From: Octopus vulgaris
Taxonomy: Eukaryota
Direction: 5' to 3'
DNA length: 64,000 bases
Assembly: GCA_951406725.2 (NCBI GenBank)
Contig: OX597823.1
Span: forward strand, 91,388,001-91,452,000
The notes beneath the pieces are model-generated. The model made no database searches and was not told where the DNA came from. It saw only the letters and a program-made list of their open reading frames with translations. The position numbers and the translations under genes were made by a program. Of the stretch, positions 1 through 13,143 are shown one piece after another; position 1 is the stretch's first letter, and every line of letters begins with the position of its first letter.

Positions 1-469
1 AAAGACAGGTCATAATTCCTAATTAGATATTTTTAAAAAATCATTATCAAATTGATAAATTTGACTCTTTTGAGGTTAATTTAATAACATATAATCCTTC
101 TTTTCTAAGAAATAAACAAAATTTAACAAAAACTCAAAAGTATTCATTGGAGATGAAAATGCAATTGAATGGAATTGAATTAAGCTTCCAGAAATTAAAG
201 GAAATACCTTGAGAGTCTTCATGTTTTTCAAGTTATCTTGGAAACCTGTAAAAGACTTCCGCAGCAGAAGCAACATTAAAATTAAATGTAAATGGCTAAG
301 TAGTAAGTTTGTTAAGGCAAAAAAAAAAGAAATAATGTAATTATTAAAAAAGAAACAAGAATTAGTTTCTTGTTTATGAGCGCTAAATAAGAAAGCATGC
401 ACGTATGCTTAAATAGATATACATATATATACATACATACATATATATATATACACACACACACACACT

Positions 470-500
<31 letters not shown>

Positions 501-747
501 GTATGTGTGTATATATATGTATGTGTGTGTGAGTGTATATATATCTTGTAAGCAAGGATCACTCACACCTACACACTGATAGCCAGACAAATGAACAGTC
601 TATATATATGATTTTTCTATGTATTCTGTTGTGTCTGGGGAGAGTCATTCTCTTTTGGTGCCTTATAATTTAACACACTCACCGGTAAAATTTCTAATTA
701 TTTCTTTTCTTTAAAATTTTTCTAAAATTTTCATTGTATGTTTATCT

Positions 748-963
748 TTTACTCTTTTATACTCTTACTTGTTTCAGTCATTTGACTGCTGCCATGCTGG
801 AGCACCACCTTTTAGTCGAGGAAATCGACCCCAGGACTTATTCTTTGTAAGCCTAGTACTTATTCTATCAGTCTCTTTTTGCCAAACTGCTAAGTTACGG
901 GGATGTAAACACACCAGCATCACATGTCAAGCAATGTTGGTGGGGACAAACACAGACACACAA

Positions 964-994
<31 letters not shown>

Positions 995-1138
995 CATATA
1001 TACGACAGGCTTCTTTCAGTTTCCATGTACCAAATCCACTCACAAGGCTTTTGTCGGCCCAAGGCTATGGTAGAAGACACTTGCCCCAGGTGCCATGCAG
1101 TGGGACCAAACTCAGAACCATGTGGCTGGTAAACAAGT
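748..1138 (-). mobile_element. tRNA-type SINE family A (internal TA/CA microsatellite, AAAAGAGT-type tail)
   Basis: Matches the copies at 10045-10477, 22922-23330 and 54314-54726. Confidence 0.8.
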
Positions 1139-1409
1139 TATGTTTATCTTTTTAAAATCACTCTTTTACATATCACCGACACAGTCCAGTCCAGTCACAG
1201 GTTCCTTTAAAATTACATAAAGATTTAATTCTACTTCAAGTTTTATGTTCTTTAATGCTTAACATTTTTTCTGTGTTATATAATAACATCATTTATTCTT
1301 TCTCTCTCTCTTTGTCTCTCTCTCTCTTTCTCTCTAAATAAGTGTGTGTGTGTGTGTTTTGTGGGTGTTAGTAGGTGTGTGTCTATTTATGTATGTGTAG
1401 TTAAGATAC

Positions 1410-1740
1410 TCGTGCCGGTGACATGTTAAAAGCACTGTCCGAATGTGGCAGATGTCAGCGCCGCTTGACTGGCGTCTGTGTCAGTGATATGTAAAAGCAC
1501 CAACTGATCGTGGCCGTTTGCCAGCCTCCTCTGGCCCCTGTCCCGGTGGCACGTAAAAAGCACCCACTACACTCATGGAGCGGTTGGCTTTAGGAAGAGC
1601 ATCCAGCCGTAGAAACACTGCCAGTTCAGACTGGAGCCTTGTGCAGCCTCCTGGCTTCCCAGACCCCAATTGAACCGTCCAACCCATGCTAGCATGAAAA
1701 ACGGACGTTAAATGATGATGATGATCATCATCATCATCAT
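1410..1740 (+). mobile_element. RTE-type 3' tail repeat (family C) ending in (ATG)n
   Basis: Shared ...AAGCACCCACTACAC...CCAACCCATGCTAGCATG...ACGTTAAATGATGATG terminus, found more than 10 times in the window. Confidence 0.75.
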
Positions 1741-2149
1741 TTCAACATCTACCTTTTCCTGCTCGCAAGGGTCAGAAAAAACTTGTTGAGGCAGGTTTTC
1801 TATAGCTGGATGCCCTTCCTGTCACCAACCCTCACTTGTTTCCAAGCCAGGGGATCAGACGTTTTCACAAAGGGCAGGGAATGAAGGACATACCTAGCAT
1901 GGCAGTGACCCATGCTCACCACCGTCCTGTGATGTCAAAGCAAAGAAACAGTAACACAAAGACACGCACACACATGAATGACCATACATATATACAATCG
2001 CCTTCTGTTATTTACCCTCATCAAAGTCCAGTCACAGGTTCCTTTGTTTGTTCCTGGACTTTAGAAAAAGAAACTTGCCCAAGGAGTGATGCAGTAAGAC
2101 TGAACCAAAAACCATTTTGGTTAGGAAGCAAACTTCTTAACCACACAAC

Positions 2150-2506
2150 CATATCTGTGCCTACACACACACGTCACACATACACATGCATGTTGCATAT
2201 GCACACACACATCACACATATGCACACACACACATATATACACACACGAATATATACACACATTATATATAAACAAACACTATGTACATATATATACGCA
2301 TATAGATACATATAAACATGCACATACATAGACACACACATAGTACGTATGTGTATACATGTGCATATACATTTCCACACATACTTGAAGGCATATAAAC
2401 ATACATATATATATTTGTGTATATCCATACATGTAATACATGTATACATTTGTATGTGTGTGTATATATATATATATACATATATGTATGTATGTAAGTA
2501 TGTATA

Positions 2507-2555
<49 letters not shown>

Positions 2556-2680
2556 ATATATATTTATATACATGCATATAGGCACTTAAATACTCCATAT
2601 ATATATATATATGTATGTATGTATATATATATTTATATACATGCATATAGGCACTTAAATACTCCATATACATATATAAG
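2150..2680. repeat. Compound (CA)n/(TA)n microsatellite
   Basis: Direct sequence. Confidence 0.9.
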
Positions 2681-3287
2681 TCGTAAATCTTTCAACTTTC
2701 AAATATTTACTCGGAAAACACATTGTTTACAAAGGTATATTGATAAAAATTGCACATATAAATACATACACACAGAAATAATCATAAACTTGCATATGAA
2801 ATCCTAAGAAAGAATCAGCAGAAAATACAGGGGAAAAACAAAACTAAACAAAAAACAATAAAAAAAAAGAACAAAAGACAAACCAAGCCAAAACAATGTT
2901 TATTTAACAAATAGAATTTAATAGAAGAAAAAAATTCCTCTATTTCCATGGAAAAATCTAAAATATGTATTTACAATAATATAATGTTATTCAAAGTGGT
3001 TCATATAAGCAATGTTTCATTTGGAAAGTTATAATTTGGGGGGGATGAGGTGTGGGGGGGAATCTATGGGAATAAATATGAGGAAGCAAGACAAAACTAT
3101 GTTAAAAGTTTAGGAATAGAAATTCTCAGAGTTTATTGATATGTGCTTGAAATATGTGTTTGAGTGTTTGCAGGCTTATTTAAAAAATTGTTTTTGGTTT
3201 TTATTTTGTGTGTTAGTAAGAATTTTTCTTATCTATTTCTGTGTCTGTGGTGTAGAGAGTAGATAAATGGTGAAATTGTTCCATACC

Positions 3288-3577
3288 TATTTCTTTACTA
3301 CCCACAAGGGGCTAAACACAGAGGGGACAAACAAGGACAGATATAGGTATTAAGTCGATTACATCGACTCCAGTGCGTAACTGGTACTTAATTTATCGAC
3401 CCCGAAAGGATGAAAGGCACAGTCGACCTTGGTGTCGACTTTGCCTTTCACCCGAAAAGATGAACGGCAAAGTCGACGCCAAGGTCGACTTTGCCTTTCA
3501 TCCTTTCGGGTTGATAAATTAAGTACCAGTTACGCACTGGGGTCGATGTAATCGACTTAATACCTATGTCTGTCCTT
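3288..3577. mobile_element. SINE family B rearranged into a nested palindrome
   Basis: Arms 3333-3450 and ~3460-3577 are reverse complements; each arm has an internal GTCGAC-flanked hairpin. Confidence 0.8.
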
Positions 3578-3794
3578 ACCACAGCTTCAGTTGCAATTTG
3601 ATTCCTTAATTCGTTTTGTTGTCCATATTTCTCTTCTTTGCAATTTGTAATAGTGTTATCATATTCATTCCATCACAAGATGAATAAACAAAGAAACAGC
3701 TGTAATTTAATGAAGCTGATTACGTAATGATACCTCTTTCCTTGTCATTCATTAATGAATATCATATTCTGTACTCACCTCTTACTTCACTCTA

Positions 3795-4545
3795 GACAGA
3801 GTGTAAGCACCCTGAGAGAAGAGTTGGACTTTAGAAGCATCAGATGTGGTGTGCGAGAGAGATGGCTATGCTGGTATGGTCATGTGTTGCGAAAGGATGA
3901 GTACAGCTGTGTGAAAAAGTGTCACACTCTCGCAGTTGAGGGAACCTGTGGAAGAATTACACCCAGGAAGACCTGAGATGAGTGGTGAAGTATGACTTTC
4001 GAACATTGGGCCTCATCGAGGTAATGACAAGTGACTGAGACCTTTGGAGATATGCTGTGCTAGAAAAGACCTGAAAAACCAAGTGAAGCCATAACCATAG
4101 CCTGTGCCAGTGCTGTATAACCAGCCCATTTAATAGTAACCTTTAATCATTGGACAATAAACTATGCTTGTGAGGACCTGTTGAGGCAAGTGAAATTGCT
4201 GTCATGGCCGATGGCAGTACTGCCTGATTGGCATCTGTGCCACTGGAACGCTAAAAGCACCATTTGAGCATGATCATTGCCAGGGCCACTGACTGGCTCC
4301 AGTGCCAATGGCACATAAAAAAGCACCACTTGAGTGTGACCAATGCCAGTACTGCCTGACTGGCCCTCATACTGGTGGCATGTAAAAGCACCCACTACAC
4401 TCTCGGAGTGGTTGGTGTTAGGAAGGGCACCCAGCTGTGGAAACTTTGCTAGATAAGATTGCCAACCCTCAGTCAAACCGTCCAACCCATGCAAGCATGG
4501 AAAGCGGACGTTAAACGATGATGATGATGATGATGATGATGATTA
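3795..4545 (+). mobile_element. RTE-clade LINE 3' fragment with family C tail
   Basis: Translation RERWLCWYGHVLRKDEYSCVKKC...EGTCGRITPRKT resembles the RTE C-terminus; followed by a tail ending in (ATG)n. Confidence 0.8.
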
Positions 4546-5346
4546 AATTCTAACAGCTGGTTACTGGTATCACTAAGCCTAAGGGAAATCATTATATAAA
4601 GATGTGCCTGTCACTGAGAGAAGATGGTACCTGTGGAAGAGGGAGCCCCAGGAAGACATAGGATGAAGTGGTGAGGATTGATCTTAAGATGTTGGGGCTC
4701 ATGGAGGAAATGACTGTGGACTGAGATGCTTGGCGATATGATGTGCTAGAGAAGACCCACTCACATCAGCGAAACTGAGTGCTAGAAGAGCTGTGTCCTA
4801 CCCACATGGAACAACAAATTTTACACACACCCTACCACCAAGAAACTGAACTACATCTCTTCTAAACAGCTTCTTTGTCTTCCTCATTTCCTCTTCATAA
4901 ACTATGATTGTCTTCCAATCCCCCCCTTTCCTGCCCCTCACTGCTCAGGTTTATGCTAGTTGCTGCAATCCCTACTCCTTACTTGCACCTGCTTGGCAAC
5001 ACCTGACCACCTATATTACAACCTTTGTACCGCTCTATGCTCTGATCCTTGTTACTTGTGAGTTACTTAGTGACCCTGCCAGTAATGGTGCCATGTAAAA
5101 GCACCCAGTCCACACTGTAAAGTGGTTGGCATTTGAAAGGGCATCTGGCTGTAAAAGTCATGCCAAAATTGACCTCACCTGTGCTAGTGCCACATAAAAA
5201 GCACTGAATCCACTCCACAGAATGGTTGGTGTTAGGAAAGGCATCCAGCCATAAAATCCCTACCAAAACAGACACAGTAGCCTAGGGTGAACCGTCCTAC
5301 CAATGCATGCATGGAAGATGGACATTAAACGATGTTGATGATGATA

Positions 5347-5411
<65 letters not shown>

Positions 5412-6466
5412 TATATATATATATATATATAAACACACACATACACACACTGGTGATGTATAGCATTTATAATGTGTATATAAATGTTCAACGCCAACAG
5501 CTGTAATATTTGGTCTCAGAGAAACACTTCAAAGTGGCTTGCTTGTTAAAAACACAGGGCTTCATACAGAACGCCAGTGTTTCGACCTGCTTTGGTCTCC
5601 TCAGTGTTGAATATCTCAGACAACTTGAGCTACACTGAAAATGCTTATTGCAGTACAGAAATTGGTGGCGAAAACATTTACTGATTTGTGCAAAGGCTAA
5701 TCAAGCCACTGTAAATTAGTATAATACTAGCCTTTATTTCCAATAGTTTATGCTTTTCGTTTCTAATAGACTCTGGCCATGTTTATCATATTGCTCTGCT
5801 ATTAGCAGATGAGTTATGGTCTTATGATCCAGTATTTCTCAACTCTGCTGTTTCTCTACCATTTCTCTTTTGGATATCTTGATACAACTTACACAGGATC
5901 TTCAGCATTTGTTAGTCTGGCTTGGATGCGCTAAATCAAGTTGTAACTAATATGTTGGTGCATATTCTGCGAGTGGAAAGTAAAAACTTAGCAACAAGAT
6001 ATGTCTAGACTCAAGACATGTTCTGTCTAAATCTAGTGAGATAGAGTCAACCATTATTTATGATATATTTAGACTCAAGACATGTTACATCCAAATTTAG
6101 AGAAGCTGCAGTTTAAAATATTATGTACACCAAGTTTGATTGACTTACAAATTGATTGACTTATAAATATAGTGAGAATTTACAAAAAAGAAAAAAAAAA
6201 GACGAAGACGATGTGTAAACAACAAACAAATATATTAGTTTAACGCTCAGGAAGTAAGAAAGTCTTTCACGTTTCGAGCCTAAGCTCTTCAACAGAAAGG
6301 AACATGAGAAATAAACAGGGAGAGAAAATAGAAAAGGGTTTAGTGGATAGTGATCTATCTATAGATATAGATATATATATATACATACATATAAACATAC
6401 ATACATATATGTATATTTATATATATATAAAATTTTTATATACATATATATATATAAAAATTTTTT

Positions 6467-6828
6467 GCGTAATGAGATAAAAAACTGCTTTTGGCTGATG
6501 AAAATGACACTTGGGTTTCAGTTGCACAAGGACCTCTAGATGGTGTTGAGGAGGATGAAAACTTTTTGAAAACCCTACGTTTGTCTCTGAGCAGGAATTA
6601 CCAAGCTTTTGGCAAAATTTTATGCAGATTCTCTGCTCAATTTTCTCTGTTATGGTCACTGCAACAAGCACACACTACACACCTTTCTTCCAAGCACTGC
6701 TGTAGGCAACGGAAGTGGGCTAGAACATTAAAACTGAGTGCACATGCACAGCAGAGTTTAAGGTCAATCTGTGCCAAGCAGCTTCATTCTGTATGCGTTA
6801 ACTTTGTTACTATGGCAACAATCCGTAT
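6467..6828 (-). mobile_element. Mariner-type transposase 5' fragment (degenerate)
   Basis: EKIEQRICIKFCQKLGNSCSET resembles the mariner N-terminal HTH motif (EQRxCIKFCxKLGKSxxET). Confidence 0.6.
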
Positions 6829-7094
6829 ATGTGTGCAGGTGTGTGTGTATGTGTGTGTGTGTTTGTATCTTTATTTGTCCCCCGCCAACACTTGACAACT
6901 GGCATTGGTGTGTTTACTTCCCTGTCACTTAGCAGTTCACCAAATAAAGACTGATAGAACAAGTACCAGGCTTAACAGAAAGAAATAAGTCCTGGGATCA
7001 ATTCATTCAACTAAAATTCTTCAAGCTGCTGCTCCAGTATGGCCACAGTCTAATGATGTAAACAAGCAAAAAATAGCTTCACATAACATTCTTA

Positions 7095-7510
7095 TATCTT
7101 AAAATGGTAAAAGACAGCAAGCTGGCAGAATCATTAGCATGCTGGGCGAAATGCTTAGCGATATTTCGTCTGCCTTTACATTCTGAGTTCAAATTCTGCT
7201 GAGGTCAACTTTTGCCTTTCATCCTTCCAGGGTCAATAAATTAAGTACCAGTTACGCACTGGGGTCGATCTAACTGACTTAATCCCTTTGTCTGTCTTTG
7301 TTTGACCCCTTTGTGCTTAGCCCCTTGTGGGTAGTAAAGAAATTGGTATTTTGTCAGTCTTTATATTCTGTGTTCAAATTCCGCTGAGGTCGACTTTGCC
7401 TTTCATCCTTTCAGGATCAATAAATTAAGTACCTGTTGCATACTGGGGTCGATCTAATCGACTGGCTCCCTCCTCCAAAATTTCGACCCTTGTCCTTAGA
7501 GTAGATAAGA
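7095..7510 (+). mobile_element. SINE family B (dimeric)
   Basis: GCTGGCAGAATC..TTAGCA head, GTTCAAATTC B-box-like motif, CTTTCATCC..GATAAATTAAGTACC core present twice. Confidence 0.75.
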
Positions 7511-7904
7511 ATATACCTTAAAATGGTAAGTTGTGCATTGACGGAATTTAACAGTGGATATCAGCAGGTCAAACAAAAGCCTCAAACCCCATCTCCCTTT
7601 AGGGTTCACAGCTGTGAGAAATATATTTAGCTAACATCACTAGAATATACTTTAAAAATAACAGGACATAAAGCCCTGCATGTTTCTGATGGTGGCTGTG
7701 GATGGTGAGATTTCCTACCGCTGTTCTCTCCCTCCCTCTCTCTCTCTAGTTGCATCACTTCTTAAATATTTATTGTCAGATAATTGTGTTTAACGATACA
7801 ATCAGGTAATAATTACGAAATATAGTGTAAACATTAGATCGCACACGTTAATGGTTTTTGTGTTTTAACTGCCTCCAGGAATATCCTTTGCACTCCGTTC
7901 TATC

Positions 7905-8640
<736 letters not shown>

Positions 8641-9224
8641 GTTGTATTAGTTGTGTTATTATTTACTTATTCCTTAATTATTCGCGTTGCAGTTTATTTT
8701 TAGAGCGAGTTATTCTTATTGTTTCATTCATGTTTTTTTTTCCTTTTTCTGCTTCTTTTTTGCTTTTCTATTTTTCGACTTCCAGTAGCAAACACTTCAC
8801 TGTTTGTCTTTCAATGAATATTTAATTAACATCGCAAGTAATTATCTCTTTAATGACCTTACAGTTTATGTTCCATATATTAAACATGGCGAAATAAGAA
8901 AAAAAAACATGGGGGAAAAGTTGAGAGAAGCAGAAGACCAGACTATTACTGTCATACATTTAAATATTATTGATAGAATGTTCTTGATGTTATTGTCGTT
9001 GATAAGGCATACACTGGGAGATAATTTATCAAAGGAATTCTAGTCACAAATATCTTATATCTTTGGATAATCCGGCCTGCCATTACTTTTTCTCCATTTT
9101 GAAGATGGCAGAACGTGACTTGAGGGAGAAGCCATTTTTGTTTCTGGTGTAACCTTCTGGCGATCTCCATATAAGCAATCTTGTTGGGCAGTATTGCTGT
9201 CATTTATCAGCAATTTCAACCTTC

Positions 9225-9580
9225 ATCATCATCAACATCATCATCGTTTAATGTCCGCTTTCCATGCTAGTATGGGTTGGACGGTTGAACTGGGGTCTGG
9301 GAAGCCAGATGGCTGCACCAGGCTCCAGTCTGGTCTGGCAGTGTTTCTACAGCTGGATGCCCTTCCTAATGCCATCCACTCCGAGAGTGTAGTGGGTGCT
9401 TTTTACGTGCCAGATGAGGCCGGCAAACAGCCCACAATCGGATGGTGCTTTTTACGTGCCACCGACACGGAGACCAGACAAAGCTGGCAATGGCCACGAA
9501 TCGGATGTTGCTTTTTACGTCCACCGGCACGGAGACCAGACGAAGCTGCCAACGGCCACCAATCGGATGGTGCTTTTTAC
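9225..9580 (-). mobile_element. RTE-tail repeat, family C
   Basis: (CAT)n followed by the reverse complement of the family C terminus and ~55-bp subrepeats. Confidence 0.75.
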
Positions 9581-9627
9581 ATTTATCTATCATTATTTAT
9601 CTATATACATTGATAGATAGTATCATA

Positions 9628-9975
9628 GGTGCAGGAGTGGCTGTGTGGTAAGTAGCTTGCTTACATTACACATGGTCCCGAGTTGAGTCCCACTGCATGT
9701 CAGCTTTGACAACTGTCTTCTACCATAGCCTTGTGAGTGGATTTGGTAGACGGAAACTGGAAGAAGCCCATTGTATATATACACATATATATATGTGTGT
9801 ATGTGTGTGTACATGTTTGTGTATTTGTGTTTGTCCCCCCCAACATCGCTTGACAACTGATGCTGGTGGGTTACTTAGCGGTTTAGCAAAAGAGACTGAC
9901 AGAATAAGTACTAGGCTTACAAAGAATAAGTGCTGGGGTCGATTTGTTTGACTAAAGGCAGTGCTCCAGCATGGC
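9628..9975 (+). mobile_element. SINE family A
   Basis: GGTGCAGGAGTGGCTGTGTGGTAAG tRNA-like head with family A body. Confidence 0.8.
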
Positions 9976-10044
9976 TATAGTAGAAGACACTTTCCCAAGA
10001 TGCCATGCAGTTCCACACAAGATATCTATCTATCTAACTATCTA

Positions 10045-10265
10045 TACTCTTTTACTCTTTTACTTGTTTCAGTCATTTGACTGCGGCCATGCTGCAGCAC
10101 CGCCTTTAATCAAGCAACTCGACCCCGGACCTTATTCTTTGTAAGCCCAGTACTTATTCTATCGGTCTCTTTTTGCTGAACCGCTGAGTGACGGGGACGT
10201 AAACACACCAGCATCGATTGTCAAGCAATGCTAGGGGGATGAACACATACACACATACATACACG

Positions 10266-10307
<42 letters not shown>

Positions 10308-10477
10308 CATATATACGACGGGCTTCTTTCAGTTTCCGTCTACCAAATCCACTCACAAGTTTTGGTCAGCCCGAGGCTATAGTAGAAGACACTTGCCCAA
10401 GGTGCCACGCAGTGGGACTGAACCCGGAACTATGCGGTTGGTAAACAAGCTACTTTCCACACAGCCACTCCTGCGCC
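10045..10477 (-). mobile_element. SINE family A, full length
   Basis: Head with A-box (TGGCTGTGTGG) and B-box-like (GGTTCAGTCCC) motifs, through to the (AAAAGAGT)n tail. Confidence 0.85.
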
Positions 10478-10487
10478 TATCTATCTT

Positions 10488-10520
<33 letters not shown>

Positions 10521-11010
10521 ATATATATATATATATATAGCAATATATATATATATATATATATATACTTAAATGTACCTATGTGTGTGAATAGATACAA
10601 ATATGCATACATATATGCAGAATAAAGAGAAGAACACACAAAAACATGAGTATGTGTGTGTACATATATATGTGTACACACACACATATATGCACATGCG
10701 TTATATGTTTAGATACAGCTGTGTAAGCATGTGTATATGTATGTTTGTTTCCAAATATAAGAACATACACCTATACATACATACACACACCACCTGCACA
10801 CACACACACACACACACAATTTTATATTTACATTCAACTACATACACACACATAACAGGCATTCACATATTTATATATTTTTATACACACACACCCACAT
10901 TCACACACACACATACATAATACACAGACACACACATTCTCACCACCCAGTATGTATGTATGTGCGTGTGCATGTACATACACATATCTATGTGCTGGGT
11001 AGCAAGAAAG

Positions 11011-11059
<49 letters not shown>

Positions 11060-11264
11060 ATGTGTGTGTGCGTGTGTGTGTGTGCATGTGTGTGCATGTG
11101 TGTATACACCACATCACCTTGTATCAGAACTGTAATTTACCCTTTGAAGACAAATTAAATTCCTGATATATAATTTCCTGGTGTATGTAATATCGTCTTT
11201 GAAACTGCTTCCATACACAGAACAACGATATGGTAAGAATATGGTAAGAAGATGGAGGAATGAC

Positions 11265-11825
11265 AAGAAGGAAGAAGAAGAAGAAGGAGAAGAAGAAGGA
11301 GGAGGAGAAGGAGGAGGAGGAGGAGAAGAGGGAAGAAGAAGAAGAAGTAGAAGAAGAAGAAAGAGAAGAAGGAGGAGGAGGGGAGAGAAGGAGAAGAAGA
11401 AGAAGAAGAAGAAGAAGGAGAAGGAGGAGAAGAAGAAGGAGGAGAAGAAGAAGGAGGAGAAGAAGAAGGAGGAGAAAGAGAAGTAGGAGAAAGAGAAGTA
11501 GAAGAAAGAGAAGTAGAAGGAGAAAGAGAAGTAGAAGAAGAAGAAAGAGAAGTAGAAGAAGAAGGAAGAGAAGTAGAAGAAGAAGGAGGAGAAGTAGAAG
11601 AAGAAGGAGGAAAAGAAGAAGAAGGAGGAGGAGGAGAAGAAGAAGAAGGAGAAAGAGAAGAAGAAGAAGAAGAAGGAGGAGAAGGAGAAGAAGGAGGAGA
11701 AGGAGGAGAAGAGAAGAAGAAGAAGAAGAAGAAGAAGAAGAAGAAGAAGAAGAAGAAGAAGAAGAAGAAGAAGAAGAAGAAGAAGAAGAAGAAGAAAAAG
11801 AAGAAGAAGAAGAAGAAGAAGAAGA
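11265..11825. repeat. Purine-rich (GAA)n/(GGA)n tract, ~560 bp
   Basis: Direct sequence. Confidence 0.95.
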
Positions 11826-12260
11826 GCCCTGCTACCAAAAAATGTGATGATGTGGAAAAAACTGAATAAGAAAATGATGGAGTTTTGCAGAGAATGCCTG
11901 ACTCATGCTATACAAGAATGAGTTTGGATTGTATAAATACAATGGCACTTGCATTGTTGTGTTTTCTTGTGGTTTAATTCTTCAGCAATTAAATCAGCCT
12001 TAATTTGGTCCAAATATTCTCTGCTTTATGTTCAGACTGGCCAGATCAGGCATCTCATGCCTACCCTACAACGCCATTCTAATAATAGACAATCACAACA
12101 TCAAAATTCCGATGCCATGAGATAAATCCTGATTAGTATAATCTAATGTGGATAAATAAGCTTTGTGTTTGGCAGAGTATTCCTGAATGCTAAGGGGTAA
12201 ATTCAAGGCCGGCACTGATCAGAAACACCTATGGTCAGTCATGGCAGTGACCATTATATA

Positions 12261-12373
12261 TTTATTTCTTTATTGCTCACAAGGGGCTAAACATAGAGGG
12301 AACAAACAAGGACAGACAAAGGGATTAAGTCGATTACATTGACCCCAGTGCATAACTGGTAGTTATTTAATCG
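12261..12373 (-). mobile_element. SINE family B 3' part, truncated at the retrozyme array
   Basis: Matches 20331-20440 up to ...TTATTTAATCG, then switches to the array. Confidence 0.75.
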
Positions 12374-12419
12374 GATTGTCGGAAGAGATTGTCGGAAGCG
12401 ACACCTACTGGCTGGCTAT

Positions 12420-12461
12420 GCTGCATTGAAAAGGGGCAATACCCCGAAACGCATCTGTAGC
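12420..12461 (+). ncRNA. Type I hammerhead ribozyme, copy 1 (U3A8 core; AUC site)
   Basis: GCTGCA-TTGAAAA-GGGG CAATA CCCC-GAAA-CGCA-TC-TGTAGC: stem I, variant core, stem II, GAAA; stem III palindrome is broken by G>A. Confidence 0.75.
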
Positions 12462-12781
12462 TGCCGGTCAAGTAGTGTGGAGCGACTGACCTCCCTTGTT
12501 CGAAGGTTATATGGATACAGTTTGTGTATCAAATAGCTAACTTAAGGCGATGGCCTCATGGAGCTAATAAGCGGACAGCTTTTTTCTTATTTTTATAAGA
12601 ATGCCATATTAGTATGGCGATAACTATTATTTTCCGGGAACACTGCCGCTGTTCTCTTTTAGAGAGACTTAGTTATTTTAATATTTCTATTATTGAAAAC
12701 AAGTGGATGTATTCCACCGAAACTAGGTAAATAAAACCATCGAACAGAGATTGTCGGAAGCGATGCCTACTGGCTGGCTAC

Positions 12782-12823
12782 GCTGCATTGAAAAGGGGCA
12801 ATACCCCGAAACGCGTCTGTAGC
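12782..12823 (+). ncRNA. Type I hammerhead ribozyme, copy 2 (U3A8 core; GUC site, cleavage after 12817)
   Basis: GCTGCA-TTGAAAA-GGGG CAATA CCCC-GAAA-CGCG-TC-TGTAGC; all stems intact; upstream TAC bulge and GGCTGGC/GCCGGTC extension of stem I. Confidence 0.85.
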
Positions 12824-13143
12824 TGCCGGTCAAGTAGTGTGGAGCGACTGACCTCCCTTGTTCGAAGGTTATATGGATACAGTTTGTGTATCAAATAGCT
12901 AACTTAAGGCGATGGCCTCATGGGGCTAATAAGCGGACAGCTTTTTTCTTATTTTTATAAGAATGCCATATTAGTATGGCGATAACTATTATTTTCCGGG
13001 AACGCTGCCGCTGTTCTCTTTTAGAGAGACTTAGTTATTTTAATATTTCTATTATTGAAAACAAGTGGATGTATTCCACCGAAACTAGGTAAATAAAACC
13101 GTCGAACAGAGATTGTCGGAAGCGACACCTACTGGCTGGCTAC

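Noticed and set aside
312-2807. Many YI/HT/CV-repeat ORFs here and throughout the window
   Set aside because: They are translations of (TA)n/(CA)n/(TG)n microsatellites, not genes.
5893-5930. Possible minus-strand exon RIQARLTNAEDP with a gtaagt donor
   Set aside because: Weak acceptor, and its phase is incompatible with the candidate exon at 208-245.
8967-9203. 78-aa non-repetitive ORF
   Set aside because: No recognisable motif or convincing splice signals.
11155-11847. Poly-Glu/Arg/Phe ORFs
   Set aside because: (GAA)n tract with no non-repetitive coding context.
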